64,000 nucleotides of DNA from Nageia nagi (taxonomy: Eukaryota; Plantae; Pinophyta): positions 112,282,001-112,346,000 of the forward strand of contig JBITNC010000001.1 of NCBI GenBank assembly GCA_050084985.1. The letters are read 5' to 3'. Under the pieces are notes generated by a model that ran no database searches, was not told the origin of the DNA, and saw only the letters and a list, made by a program, of their open reading frames with translations. This document shows, in pieces, positions 50,318 through 64,000 of the stretch; within the stretch, counting starts at the first letter, position 1, and each line of letters begins with the position of its first letter. The translations under genes were made by a program, and so were the position numbers.

Positions 50318-51765
50318 AAGAAAATAATTGATGACCTTTTTTCTTAGATCTACATATTTGACAATAAATAATACTATTATGCGATTTTGTTGTTAATATT
50401 AGATATTTTTCCAAACATACAACATAAGTTTCCATACTTATAACTTTAATTAACATCAATTGAAAGCTATTTCTAGTAACATAATAGTCTTGTTCAGAAA
50501 AGCATAGGTTTTATGTGTGGGAGGGAACTTCAAATAAAGATCTTTGTAATGGTGTTTGAGTAGAAAAAAATTGGAGGATAGTTGCATAGGTGGCATCAAG
50601 AATAATTTTTACTTTTTTATTTGTCTCCTTGGAATGATACCACTATTGTTCCTACAATAATATATATGTTACGAATGGCTTTACTGGAGCCATCTATCTC
50701 TTTTCCATAGGATTTCTAGATCCATAACATGAATGTACAAGAACTTTTGAAATTCTTTGCAATGTTTAAGATATGTTTTGTACAAAACATATTGTATATG
50801 GGAAACACAATACATGATTTTAACATCTTTAATTTAATGAAATATATTAATAACTTATGCTCGCTAGTAAGCAAGGAAAACTTCATGAACAACATGACAG
50901 GTACTTTCAATTTAAATAGTTAGAGAAAAATATCATACATTTTAAAAGTAATCACTCATTCTCACACTAAAGATATTTATCACATTAAATGTATATAATT
51001 AAAATTTATGATGATAAATTTAATCATTTACGAAGTCTAATATATTTACAAAATAAAAGATGATAAATTTGATTGAATGTTTGAAATATACCATAAGAGA
51101 TAATAAAAGGTAAAAAATAACTAATAAATATAATTTTAGCTAAGGGATGCCATGCATTAAAAATATAAATAAAGTAAAAATTAAATTAAAAATTAAAAAT
51201 TATTTACATAAAATATGAAAAATTATGATATGGTATGAGTAGATTAGATGAAAATTCTAAGTGAATTTGACATAAAAAATTACCTTTACACATTAAATAT
51301 ACCCTTGCCTATTACCACTCAAATAAAAATTATATTCCCTCTTTCCTCAAAACAAAATGATGCTTTTGCTCCCCACCCAAAAAATACTATTTTAACTTGT
51401 CATGTACTATCGATGTGCCTTTGTACCCTTTCAAGCTCTCCTAAGCACTAAGGGATGTGAAGAATAAGAGATCTAATTCCCCTTTACCCAACACATTTGT
51501 GTTGGGTTCTTTCAAAACCATTGCTATCGATTGTCTCACTATCAAAAATAAAATTAATTTTGATATTCAAAAGCTTACTACTATCTCTTAAATTTGAATT
51601 ATTATTCATGCCAAGAAGATTTAAAATAATATCTCATATCCTTCACATTTATTTTATTATATGAATTATCCTTTTCATGTAATATCTCCTTTCTTTTAGC
51701 TTATGTTTTTCCTTGCCATGTATAGGAGAACTAGCCATAATCACTTGTCAAGGAAGCTACATAAT

Positions 51766-52440
51766 CTACACATATGCGTATCTCTTAATGAAAGTGGTCT
51801 TTTCTTCTTCAAAATTTTGCCTGTCTATTAGGTATTTGCTTAAATTGGGAAAATGTGAAAGGCCTATAATGTTGTGCATTCTTGTTGTTAACCAATTCAG
51901 GAGGTGCTCAAATATCTTTCCCATTTGGAAGATAAATAAATAACCTAGCAATATGATATCCTTCCACCCATTGTGTACAACTCAATGCTCCATGCTACAC
52001 TACCTTCTACTACTCCATGCCTGCACTTATCGAAGATTGCATTAATTTGTCACTATAAAACATTAGACAAATAATTACCTTACAAGACTAACCAATGTTG
52101 ATAAGGAAAGAGTTCAATAATGGCTTAATGTTCAACCAAGTGCCTTCCTTGTGATCTAATCTAGAGGCCACCCTTGTTATCTTGGTAAAGGATAGTAGTT
52201 CTCGATATCCAAATCAAGGCTTGTGAGAATAATTTTGGTGATCTTATGTACAAGATCTTTCTAGAAAAGCATACACATTTTAGTAGTTTTGCTAGAATGG
52301 GATAGAAACAATGAATTATATTTAAATTGTAAGATTAAAAAATGTATATAAGCATAGCAAGAAAACATACTAGAAAAATGGATTTCATTCTTATGGCCAT
52401 ATTTTACTAGACATTTGAAGGACTGAATTAGAATGACGTG
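51766..52440 (-). pseudogene. Type-B DOXC dioxygenase pseudogene, copy B4 (5'-truncated, no copia)
   Basis: Collinear with 30406-31093; retains TILYQDNKGGL; CpGs mostly converted to TG/CA. Confidence 0.88.
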
Positions 52441-53411
52441 AATCTAAATGTATTGGGTTAGATGAATAATTAAATAATTATATATCTTGTTATTAGAATA
52501 AATGAAAAATATATGTGAACACATATTTGAAGTTAGATTCAAAGGCAAATTCCTTTTGTATTCTTTTTAATCTTATGGATAATTAGGTGTTGTACTATAG
52601 AAACATTGATGGGATTAATAAATAAAGTAATAAATATAAAAATCATTTCATATGAAAATATTACATCTTAATTTCATTTCATTAAATAGTTTTTACATAT
52701 AAAAATTCAATTTACTAATTTACAAATAAAAGATATTACCATCCAATTCAACAATTCAATTTATTGATAAAAATAATGAAGTGTTGTTATTTTAATGTCA
52801 TGTGCTTTATCAATAAGTATTAAAATAAATTTTAATAAATATTTATCTAAAATATTATGAGCATTTTAAATATATATTGATTATGATCAAGAATATATAA
52901 GTTACATGATGAGAAATATTTTATACACAATTAAAATCACCATCAAATCCAATAACTCAATTTCAATTCATAAAATTAAATAGGTGTTATCAATTTTTTT
53001 TCATTTGCTTTAGTGATAAACATTGAAATAAATTTGACTAAATATTTATGTAAAATATTATGAAATTTCAAAATATGTATTGATTATTATGAAGAATATA
53101 TAACATACATAACAAGAAATAATTTTTACTTATAAAATTCATATTACCATCCAATCCAACAATTTAATTTATTCATAAATTAAAACCCGTAATTTTTTCT
53201 TTTATATAACTCTAAACTAAAATAGTTTTGAATTATAAAAAATTGAATTAAATAAAGTAAGTTAAATGTATTAAGAATGTATCATGTATAATATTTTTGA
53301 CAGGCATGAATACAAGATCTTAGAGTATTTATTTGATTGGAATATTATAAGACACTTATTTTTAGTCTTTGATATTTATGAACCAATGTTGTAGGAATAT
53401 ATTTTTTTATT

Positions 53412-56400
53412 CCATTTTTTTAGAACCAATGGATAAATTTGATATTAATCAAAAAAGAAATTTTATTTTTCAAAGGACCTTGAATGCCTTTTACAAAAAA
53501 TAATAGAGAGTTGAACCTATTTTTTTCTATCATACACAAATAAAGTGAAGTAGGTTTATGTCAAGTATAAACCTTGCACTAAAAAAATATAGCATAAGGT
53601 AATTATCATTGCATCATAATAGTATAAGTGTTGGTCCATCAATTGATCAAAAGAGAGTAAAATTATGTATTGTGTATAGCCTAGATTTATCTTCTTATCG
53701 AATACCAATGCCCTTGGATCACTCAACTCTATTAAAACTAATGCCCCTCCCATTCTACTCTACTTTGGTACTGTGCTATTGGTAGAGTGGTGGTACTCAA
53801 GGTCATCATTATTATGAAATATGGCATGAGATCATTGTCTTTTCATTTTTATGAATATGTACTCTCCATTGGTTATCCTTCTCAAAATGTGGACATCACA
53901 CCTATTAAGGGGCCCTTCCACCTTGACTCCATCACCCTCACCATTTTGAGATTTTTTAATCAATTGGTCTTAAAAAATATTTAAATCTTGATAGTACTTC
54001 CTTATCCTCAAAGTACACCATCATATTTTCTACAAATCTAAGAGTAGTAATTTTTAAGACTTTTTGTGCTTCATTTTATTTGTTTGCAAACACTTTACTA
54101 TTTCTTTGCTTCCATATTTTCCACCACATATGCCCAATAAACATTATCTAGCATTTATAGTACCCTTTAGTTTTTTCCCAAGGTGCCTATTGTTCTATGT
54201 ATTATTTAGCATCCCTTGGTAATGTCCATTATATCTTCATTTTTTACATATCATACCCCAAATATTTGTTGTATACACATAATGCAAGAAAATGTGATTT
54301 ATACTCTCTTCTCTCTTTTACACACTACACATCTGTTAACCATACTGAAACCCTTCATTGTTAATAGTCTTTTCTTAGCAACAAACCAAAGAAAGAAGGC
54401 AACCCTGGGTGTTAAATTTGCTTTCCAAATATTCTTCCATATTTTGGTCCTCTTTCTCTCTCTATAGATGTTGCTTAGAGCTATGAATACCTCTTTAACC
54501 CTATATTATCCATCAAGCCTCAATTTCTATATTAGTTTCCCTTCTTGAATATTGAGATTGATATTAAAATATTTTATTTCCTCTTATAATTGCTTTAGTT
54601 ATTTTGCTATTCTACCTCTAATTAGCTTATGAATCTACCAACTAAATGTATCCTTCTTAAAGTACTTATCAAATATGTTCCCATGATATTTCAAAGCCCA
54701 CTTAGTGCCTTATTTATAATCATTTATTTAATTAGTGGTTCCTCTTTAGGCCATGCATCTTCACATATATATACTTGTTCACCATTTCATGGGTGCCATC
54801 TAGTAGCTTCTGAATCTAGGACCTTACCGCTCTTATACCATTAAAAAAAGGTGAGCCATATGATGGATTCTGAATTCTCAATATGTAATTTTGGCCCATC
54901 ATATATTTCTCCTTACAAGTATGAACCCACTCCTTCACTTCATTTGGAGCTATCTTCCAAACTAGTTTTCCACTCAAAGCTTGACCCACTTGCTTCATTT
55001 TTCTCAACCCAAATCCTCCTTAGTCTTTTTTCATGCAAATAAAATTCCAACTTGCCAATGTGATTTTCATATTTTTCAAATTTTCTAACCACAAGAATTT
55101 ATTGTAAATTTTATCTATCTTATCACTAATAGTTATAGGCAATTTAAAAGACATTTCACTAAAAATAGGTATGCTTTAAGAACAAATTTGATGAGGACAA
55201 GTTTACGTGCATAGCTCATACATTTTTCCTTCCATCTTGTGTGTTTATTTTAGATTTTTTGAACTAACACATCCCAATATTGAAATTTGATTCTTTCAAC
55301 AAAAAGTGACATTTCTAGATATTTGGTTGGTAACTCATCAATTTTACACCCCCATATCTTAGTAATGCTATTCTTACTAGCTTCCAAATAGTTTAAAAAG
55401 TAAATCTTAGTCTTTTATAATTTTTTTTGGTGTGAAGCTTTTTCATACATATATAGAGCCTTATTAAATTGAATTGTCTCCCTAATTTTATGTTTATCAA
55501 CATAGATAGTATCATTCATAAATTGATGGTGAGTTGTGGCCTTACAAAAAGGGGATGGAATAGCCCCTTTCAAATTTTGAGTGTCCCTATATTGTTTCAA
55601 TATCCTCCCCAATGCCTCAAACATTTTAATGAACAAATAGGGGTATATTAGGTCTGAATATATAAGCCCTCTTTGGTAGTTAAAATAACCTTTACTTCTG
55701 CATTGATTGTAGTAGAAAATATAGATGAAGGTATACACTCTATAATGTAATTTATTGAAGTTTCTCCAAACTCAAATTTAGCTAAAACCAAATTCAAAAT
55801 ACCCAAAATCATCCTATCATAGGCCTTTTCTATATCCAACTTTACCCCATAGTCAAAGTTTTATTGTTATGCATTGAATTAAGGACCTTGTGGATCTAAA
55901 TAATTCCATTCATGATTTGACTGCATTTGATGAATCCATTTTACTCTATAGATATGATTTGATACATTAGTGCTTTTAGACTTTTTGCCATTATTTTTGT
56001 GATGATTTTATATATTATATTGTAAAAACTAATTAGTTTGTACTATTTGAACTCCTTTGCTTCTTGTGTCTTAGGGATGAGGGTTAAGAATATGTTATTC
56101 CATTATTTTAGTAATTTTTTTTTTTTACATAATTCTTTGATAGCATACCACACATCCTTCAATATAATTTTCTAATTTTTTTAGAAAAACTTAGCTGGAA
56201 ACCCATGCAATCCACCAGCTTTGTTAGCTTCCATTAGAAAAATTACCTATTTTATTTCTTCTATATTTTACTATTGTAGTGCTTTGTTTTGCTGATCTAT
56301 TAAAATTTTTGGTATATTTTCACTAATTTTTCCTTTGGCTATAGGGTTGTTTCTTTGATCCACTATCATCAGGTCTTTGCAGAATCCCTCTGGTTCTTGT

Positions 56401-59274
56401 TTAGTTTCCTTTTATTCTAAAGTTGAAACATATTATAATATTTTAAACTTATTAATTTGTTTTAATTTCTCTTTCTTATAAAGGTGATTCTAAAGAATTT
56501 TGTATTTTTATCTCCTTCCTTAAAGCAAGCCACTCTAGATTTTTATCTCCATAGTTGTTCCTTCAAAGAGACAATATTATAGAATTCTTCTAGACATTAC
56601 TTTTCTTCCTTATCTAGCTCACTTGTCCTTCCTATACTTAGTATTTTATTCATAATTTTTTGTAATTTTTCTTTCCTCTAAATCTTCCTAAAATACACAT
56701 TTTTAAACACTTTTTGGTTTTAGATTTTCAAATTTCTTTTGACTTCATCTAGTTTATTGACTAACTTATACATGGTTGTTCCCTAAATATTTAACTTTCA
56801 CCATTCTATAAGCTTGTCCTTGAAGTCTAGATGTGACATCCATATATTTTCAAACCTAAAGGTGGATTTTTTCTTTACTATTTTTTCTATTTTAAGCTCT
56901 ATTGATCTGTGAAGATATTCTTGTTAGAGAATTTATAATAGCATTAGAGTAATTATCTAGCCATTCATGGGTAACAATTATTCTATCTAATCTTCTTTGT
57001 AAAAAACCCACCTCAATCTATCTATTGGACCAAGTATATCTACTCCCTTTTAAATTGAGATCAATCAAAGCTTTGTCATTAAGAAAATTTTTGAATTCTT
57101 CCATATGAGTGGTCATATTGAGTTTGCCTCCATATTTATTCTCTATATTCAATGTAGTATTAAATCTTATCCTATAGGCTAAGGCATATTTGGAAACATT
57201 TTCTTACGTTTTGATAGGAATTATCATAACTATCTTATCTTCATTAGAAGGTTGGGAGCAAAAATGATAGATATAATGAAACTATAGTTTGAGGACTTAC
57301 ATGTGATTTTTATAGATAAACATCTATTAGAGGGGCATTGTATCCTTTCTACATCAATTTTCATAGGATACCATAAGATACAAAGTCCACCTACTTTTCC
57401 TTCTACTATGATAGCTTCATATTTGGCTTCTCTCCATATTTTTTTTTCTATTTTTTGAATCTTATGTTGTTTCATTTTGGTTTTTTGTCTTAGTAACATG
57501 TTTGGTTTACTCTCTCTCCTTAAGTCTCTAACAATATTTTATTTTTTAGGTAGATTACATCTTTTGATATTATAGCATATGATGTTCATCTTCTTCTTTT
57601 AACACCACTCTAATCATAAGTATTTCTCCCATTTTCTTTTCTTGTCATTAGGTATGGTCCTATTTTTCTAGCTTTTCCTAGATTTGCTATGATCCTTCTT
57701 AACATAGCTTATTTTGTAATTTACATTAGGGTTTTGGGTATTCCTTTTTTATTGTTATTTTTTTCCCTTTCAACTCATTTTTATTTTCCAAATCCTTATT
57801 TTCTATATCCTCCTCTTCTTCATCATCTTGTATTTGATCCTCCTCTTCTTCATAATCCTTATTTTTCTTCTCCTTGGCATCTTCTTTATTTTCTTCATAG
57901 ATTTTCTTTGATTCTTATCCTTCATGATTTGTTATTTGTGTGACTACATTTGTATTACCCATCAACTCATCCATTTCTTGTATCACATATTCCTCATTTG
58001 TTGGCTTTTGGAATTGAGTTTCTTCTATTTAAGAAGTTATTGTACCTTCTTTCTCTATTATATTATGCAACACCTTAAAATAATCCCCTTTTAAGGGTGA
58101 ATCATCCTTGTGTGGTTCTTTTTATCCTTATTCTCCAAAATAGGAGCTATTTTGTTTTGTATATTTAACTTTGTGACCTCTTCATTTTCATCTTGTCTAG
58201 ATGTTTTGGTTGATTATTTATTTACTTCCTTATTCTTTCCTTTTTCTTGGTCAGTTGGTTAGTTTCATCCTCTTGTTGGTTTCCACATTCCCCCCATTTT
58301 ACGATTAGGTATATAATAGTGGTTATAGATTGGTCATAGCCCTTATTGATCTTGTTACATGTTTCTCCTTGGATAATCTTTTTCTATATTTCCATATCTA
58401 TTACACCTAACATAGATTGTTAGAGGTATATCGAATGATATCTCCTAGATGTATTTTCCTCTTTTATTTTTTAGATATATATATTCATCCTCATAGGCTT
58501 TGAAATGTTTATATTGGCACATAATCTTGTCATCTAATAAGCTTATCCAAATCTTGTATTCTTGTCCATATGCATATCATCAACCATTGTTGAGGCAATA
58601 CCAGCAATTATTTCTTCAAACTAGAAGTTGGGAGTGAGGTTTGGTAGTGATATCCACATCGGGAGTTCTGTAAAAGATTCCTTTTGAGGATCTAATCCAT
58701 CATACCATTCCTTTAGATGTAGTCCATTTTTCTCAAACCCCTAAGACCCTTTTTCCACTACCTAGTGGAGATCTTCCTCTAGGTTGAAATTAAACATTAA
58801 GAAATATTTTAGAAGTGTTACTATTTCCACCTCCCCTTTGAGTTTCCATTCTATTTTTGGCCATCTCCTTATATTTTCAAGTATTGGCCTTATTCCCATG
58901 AACTATCCAATAATCATACCTTTTTTGGTTTCTAGCATCTTATCGTACACAACATCTGAGATAATTATTCTAGACATACCTTTATCAAAGTCTACCTTCT
59001 GCACCATGATTAACATGCCCAGTTGGATTCCATTTCATAAAATCTTTTGAAGTTCTTAGTAAAATGGACCCCCCATTAGGTAGGTCCATTTTGTACTAAA
59101 ATAAATCACATGCAATGTTAGAGATATATGTAAAGCATCCTATCTTACTATGTCCACCTCTCTATAAAACCTTCTATGATTGTTGTTATGCCCTAGCCAT
59201 CTACAACACCTAGTTGTTGCAATTTTTGATCAAATCCTTGCTTACCTACTGAAGTTTTTTATCATGTTCTAATT
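53412..59274 (-). mobile_element. Near full-length decayed L1 LINE
   Basis: ORF1 remnant ~59050-57600 (WISLPNL). ORF2 starts MNIICYNIKR at 57589, with endonuclease GKVGGLCILW and RT DIEKAYDR and YLFIKMFEALGR. Degenerate ~20-bp TSD near 53392-53411 and 59276-59294. Confidence 0.88.
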
Positions 59275-59596
59275 ATAGAAAAATATTTATTATTATAAAA
59301 TTATATTTTATCATAAATAAAAAAAATAGCATTTCATATAATTTTTGTTGACCACCCCTTCCATAAAAAATATGTAGGATAAAACTAAATTTTTCTATCA
59401 ACATTTATTTTGAAGTACTCTACTTGTTCCCATGGATCCATGTTTATCCAAGCAAAGAATTATTGACCTTTTTCTCAAATCTGCATCTTTGACAAGAAAT
59501 AAGACCATTATGAAATTTTATTCTAAATCTTAGATAGTTTTCCAAACATATAGCATATATTTCCATATTTCGAAGTTTATCCAACTTCAATTGGAA

Positions 59597-60448
59597 AAGG
59601 GAAAATTTTAAGGGGCAAATTGGCAAATAAAGGCTATAATTTCAAATTTTAAATTTTTGATTTGGCTAGTATAGCCCATGGTTTGTCCAGCCTTAGAGTT
59701 AAAATTTTATAAAAATATTTATATTCTTTACCCATGTAGTAGACCATTCAATAGGATTTCAAATATATTAGTCCTTTTTCCTAAACTTAATTTAGATTAT
59801 TCACCTTGAAATTATAAAAAGATCCCACCTAAATAGCCACTTATAGGATAGCATATATATACATATCAAACTCCTCCATCTAGATGATACCACACCATCG
59901 AACCATGACATCAAAACTATTTTTCCTCCATAATTAGATCAAAAGCATTTTCTCTGCAATAAGGTTGAATGTATTTCCTATGCTACTGGGTTGGAAGCAT
60001 TTCCTCTACTATTGGGTCAGAAGCATATTCTCTACTGTTGAATTAGGAGCATTTCCTCTATAGTTAGGTAGGGAACATTTCCCCTACAATTGAGTAGGGA
60101 GCATTACTTTTGTAGTTAGGTAGGAAGCACTTTCTTTCTAGCTAATTAGGGAGCATTTCCTGTACAGCCAAGTAAGGAGCATTTCTTCTATAGCTAGGTC
60201 AAGAGAATTTTTCTGCATACAATATTCATTTTTTAAGAAAAAAGGATCATGTAGTAACTCATTCAAAAAGGTTTTTCATGATATTTCCAATTATGTATCA
60301 TTTTTCTCCACTAGATATTAATAGAAAAAGTTATGGGTAATGGTGTATGATTTGAAGATTGAAAAATATATCATCCACTTTCAAAAATCAATAACTTTTG
60401 TAGAGACATCTAATAGGCAAAATGATATACCATTAGAAATTTCAAGAG
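59597..60448. mobile_element. Truncated DNA-transposon end (possibly MULE) replacing part of the unit
   Basis: Begins GGGAAAATTTTAAGGGGCAAATTGGCAAATAAAGG where unit homology stops; no second TIR or TSD found; joins directly to exon 2 of B5. Confidence 0.45.
59944..60217. repeat. 26-bp minisatellite, about 10.5 diverged copies
   Basis: AGCATTTCCTCTA-type starts at 59944, 59970, 59996, 60022, 60048, 60074, 60100, 60126, 60152, 60178 and 60204. Confidence 0.9.
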
Positions 60449-60755
60449 AGTAATTCTTGATATCCAAATCAAGGTTTTTGAGAATGATTTTGGTGATCAG
60501 TCATATGATAACTTTTGAGAAAAGCATGTACATTTTAATAATTTTGCTTGAATGGGATAGTAACAATGAATTAGTTTTAAGCTTGTAAGATTAAAATATA
60601 TATATAAGCATAGGAAGATAAAATACTAAACAAATGGATTCCCTTCTTGCAACTATATTTTATGAGACATTTGAAGGAATGAATCAAAATGATGTGGTTC
60701 AAGGGAGATCAACTTATGGACCAAAAATAGGGAAAGTCAACATAAAGAAAGGTAT
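60449..60755 (-). pseudogene. Type-B DOXC dioxygenase pseudogene fragment, copy B5 (exon 1 to mid exon 2)
   Basis: Collinear with 30850-31177; start codon mutated to ATA; 3' half absent. Confidence 0.8.
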
Positions 60756-62949
60756 GGTGGAGGATAGTTTGTAGGCAGGTGAAATTTGTTGTCTAGGATA
60801 CCATCTTAAAATATTCTAATTACAACAAATGAAATGGTATGATTTTCAAGTTGAGTTCTCTTTTATAGGATTTTAGGGCAAGCTAACATGCATGCTCATA
60901 AAAAATTCAACTATCATCTCCCAAATTTAGTTATTTCTTTCAAGAGCAACATGTCTGTGATGAAGCTTTCATGCTATGCCTCATTTAAATTTGTTGACTT
61001 ATTTTTTCATATATAGATATACACCATGAATTGAGTAAGGGAAGTATTGATAATCAAGTTTTGGTCCATAAATTGATTAGGATTTCATTGGTTCTAATAT
61101 CTATTATTTTTTTAAGTTTTCTATTATGTTAGGAACAAAAGTTGCTTTGTTATTGAATATTATTTTTGAATTAAATATTATTATATGAATTTATAACATA
61201 TTAAATATGAATATTGTAAATAATATAGAAAATGTAAATATTAAAGGTGCACTATTCATAAATGGATATAATTTAGATAAATTTATGGTTTTATTTTCAA
61301 GGTCTAGTTAATATTTGAATATGTAAGTTATGTATTTATTTTTTATAATTTTATATTAAATATTATTATTTAATATTTTTCTACATCATAAACATCACAT
61401 TTAGTGTAATTTTTTTTAATAAGTTTAATCTTAACATAATTTATTATAGGAATTCCGTTATGATCATCAATGAGATAAAATTTAAATGATATCTTTAGTA
61501 TACATATAATTGAGATGTACTTGAAATGTATCCAAATCATAATACATTGGAATAGCCATATATACATTTAAAATTTTAAATTCTTATAGAAGAGTCAAAG
61601 CTTGAACTATTATGCTATCAATATTGGAGACATATGGTGCAACCTTAAGCATTAAATAATTGCATATAATTAATTCATTTATTAAAATTTTTTAAATGTA
61701 AAATTAGCTTAATTAAAATAGTAAATTAGTTTTAGTAAGTCATTTTGTAGAACTTAACTATCTTAAAAATAATATTATTTCCTTTTGATTAGTGATTGAA
61801 ACCTTTAATTGTAAAGCCCTAAACTACCATTGATCAATAATAAAATAATTCATTCATTCAAAACTTATTAAAAGAAGTATTATATTAAGTAAAAGAGATT
61901 AAGAATGGAAAAATATAATGAAATGGAAGAATGATTATGTATGGATAAATAAAAAATTAAGAATACAAGAGCACAATGTAAACTTTTAATATTAATATTT
62001 ATAACCTTTATGCATCAACATCATCATCATCCCACTACTACCCTTAGTTTTTAAATAAGTAGATCCCTATCTACATCTTTCACAATCTAAACCTACTTCA
62101 ATAACTATAGAAATATCAAAATACACAATAGAAATGTTTATTTCTTTTACCAATTCCTCAAAACCATTTATCCCCATAAATCTCCTAATAAACTTATAAC
62201 CAAGAATGGTAATACATTTTTTGATAACAAGTGTAAATTATATGATCAAAAGGTATAGGTTTTATTTAGATCTTAAAAACTTGGTCACAAAAATGGTTTC
62301 CAAAGGAGGAAACTACTACCCAAATATACCTAATGGTAACAACAAATAAATACAAAAAATAGCAAGATGTAGCCAAAAGAACACTTCTATACAACTGAAA
62401 AATATAAATACTATGTAAAATCTAAATAGTGGATATGGTCCAAGACATATTTGGCTATAACTAAACCAAGAATGGTAAAATTACATTCAAATAAGTAAAA
62501 CAATTTTTTGCATAATATTTCATTTCTTTCATGGGCTCTAAATGACCTTCATTACCTATTTTATTTTCTTGTTTCCTTTTTTTATTTTAGAAAAATAAAT
62601 AATCTCATTATGCAAATAAGAGTGAATATTATATTTATTTTAGATAAAACTTATATCATTTCATATAATATTCATGTTTTAGACCATCATATCCCTTTTA
62701 GTTAAATGATTCAAAAATTTTGAAATTTTGAATTAGAAAGAAATTCAAATTAATGTGAGATAACTATAAGAGATCTTTATCCAATATCATTATCAACATT
62801 AACATTAAAGAACTATCATTCAAAACTTTTTTTAAAGTATTATAAGGATGTAGTTAAAGATAATTTGAGCAAAATTATAATTTAATTCATGCAAAAAAGG
62901 AGCTATCAAGAAAATGGGGAACTATAAACATATACCTAAACCACTAAAA

Positions 62950-64000
62950 ACTTGGACCACTATGGTCATGAGGATGAATCCTGATTATATTGTTATAAAA
63001 ACATTAGAGATAAGAATCATTGATAATGTGGCTAGACTTACCATTCCCAAGGAGATTTTAGATAATTTAATGGATAAGTAAAGGAATACTTTTATCAGAT
63101 GCTCCATTGCACTAATGTCATACATAGATCATATTCATCATTGAATTAGTAAATAGTAGGAATTATCTCGATAAGTTGATATGGTTTCTTTGCCTCATGA
63201 ATTTTTATTCTTTATTTTCACACATGCATAATACATGAACAAGGTTATGGAGTTGGTCCCTTCATATCTTGGTCAGAAGGAGCTACTTTTAAAACATTAA
63301 CATACTAGTTTTTATCTAAATAAGGACAACATTTATGTGGTTCTTATATGGGTTAATTTACCTATTTTACCATCATATTATTGGTATATGAGTATGATTT
63401 TTTTATTTACTAATATAGTAAAATTATTGGTATCAATTGAATAAAGTCACATGAATTGAGAATAGAATGAAGGAAGCTGACTTTTATGTTAACATTGGTA
63501 TTACAAAGGAATTAAGGTAACATATCTATGTTGAGAAGGTATATGGAGAAACTTGGGAAAAAGAAATACTTTATGAATATATTCTTATTAGTTGTAGTAT
63601 TTGTAAAAAATCTAATTCTTATGCCAAGGAATGTTTGGATAAAAAGGACAATGAGAAGATAGAAGTCTCTAGGTCATAGGAAGAGTGGAATACCCATGTG
63701 CAAAGGAATCAAGGATTCTAGAGAAATGATTAATTTCAAACAAAGATAGGCATGGGAAAGTTTAGAAGGTATAGCAATTATGAAAGTAGGAACCTATTTC
63801 ATTCTTTAAATCCAAATGAGGGTATTAACATAGCTAAACTTGCAGAGTAAGAGAGTTTCCATTGGTAATTAGAGAGAGAAAAGTAGTAATTAGTGATGAA
63901 GAAGTGGAGGAAGCCAAAAGTAGGAAGTGGTAAATAAGTTAAGTAGAAAATAAAAAAATAAGAAGCTACATCAAGATAGGTCATCAAGAGGTGATCATGA
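62950..64000 (+). mobile_element. L1 ORF1 remnant (unit copy, runs off the window)
   Basis: Collinear with 33440-34420 and 655-850. Confidence 0.65.

Noticed and set aside
59944-60217. CRISPR-like appearance of the 26-bp array
   Set aside because: The variable parts are related to one another, the period is too short, and the context is eukaryotic with no cas genes.
1-64000. Naming the host species, or calling this a multi-enzyme biosynthetic gene cluster
   Set aside because: Composition and decay pattern do not identify a species; only one enzyme family is present and all copies are broken.

Overview
Strongly AT-rich eukaryotic DNA, by its gene and transposon content a land plant. It contains no intact host gene that I can support. 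The window is an old, eroded tandem array of at least six partial copies of one ancestral unit. Each unit carried two paralogous three-exon DOXC-class 2-oxoglutarate/Fe(II) dioxygenase genes on the minus strand (here called type A and type B), an L1 ORF1 remnant and AT-rich spacers. Every dioxygenase copy is a pseudogene, and none keeps the HxD iron-binding motif. Two decayed Ty1/copia elements sit at the identical site in exon 3 of type-B copies, which indicates one insertion followed by segmental duplication. Also present are two L1 LINEs (one near full length with a degenerate TSD), gypsy LTR remnants and a GGG...CCC MITE family with 4-bp TSDs. The best-preserved item is a 1.23-kb Mutator-like element with a 9-bp TSD. 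It holds an open, CpG-retaining frame resembling a stand-alone FAR1/WRKY-GCM1 zinc finger, with no transposase core. Other notable signals are a CpG-retention mosaic among equally dead paralogs, a duplicated PPT bracketing a cryptic 123-bp mini-LTR in the copia, and repeated deletion junctions with templated filler DNA. All calls come from manual reading; no database search or alignment program was run.
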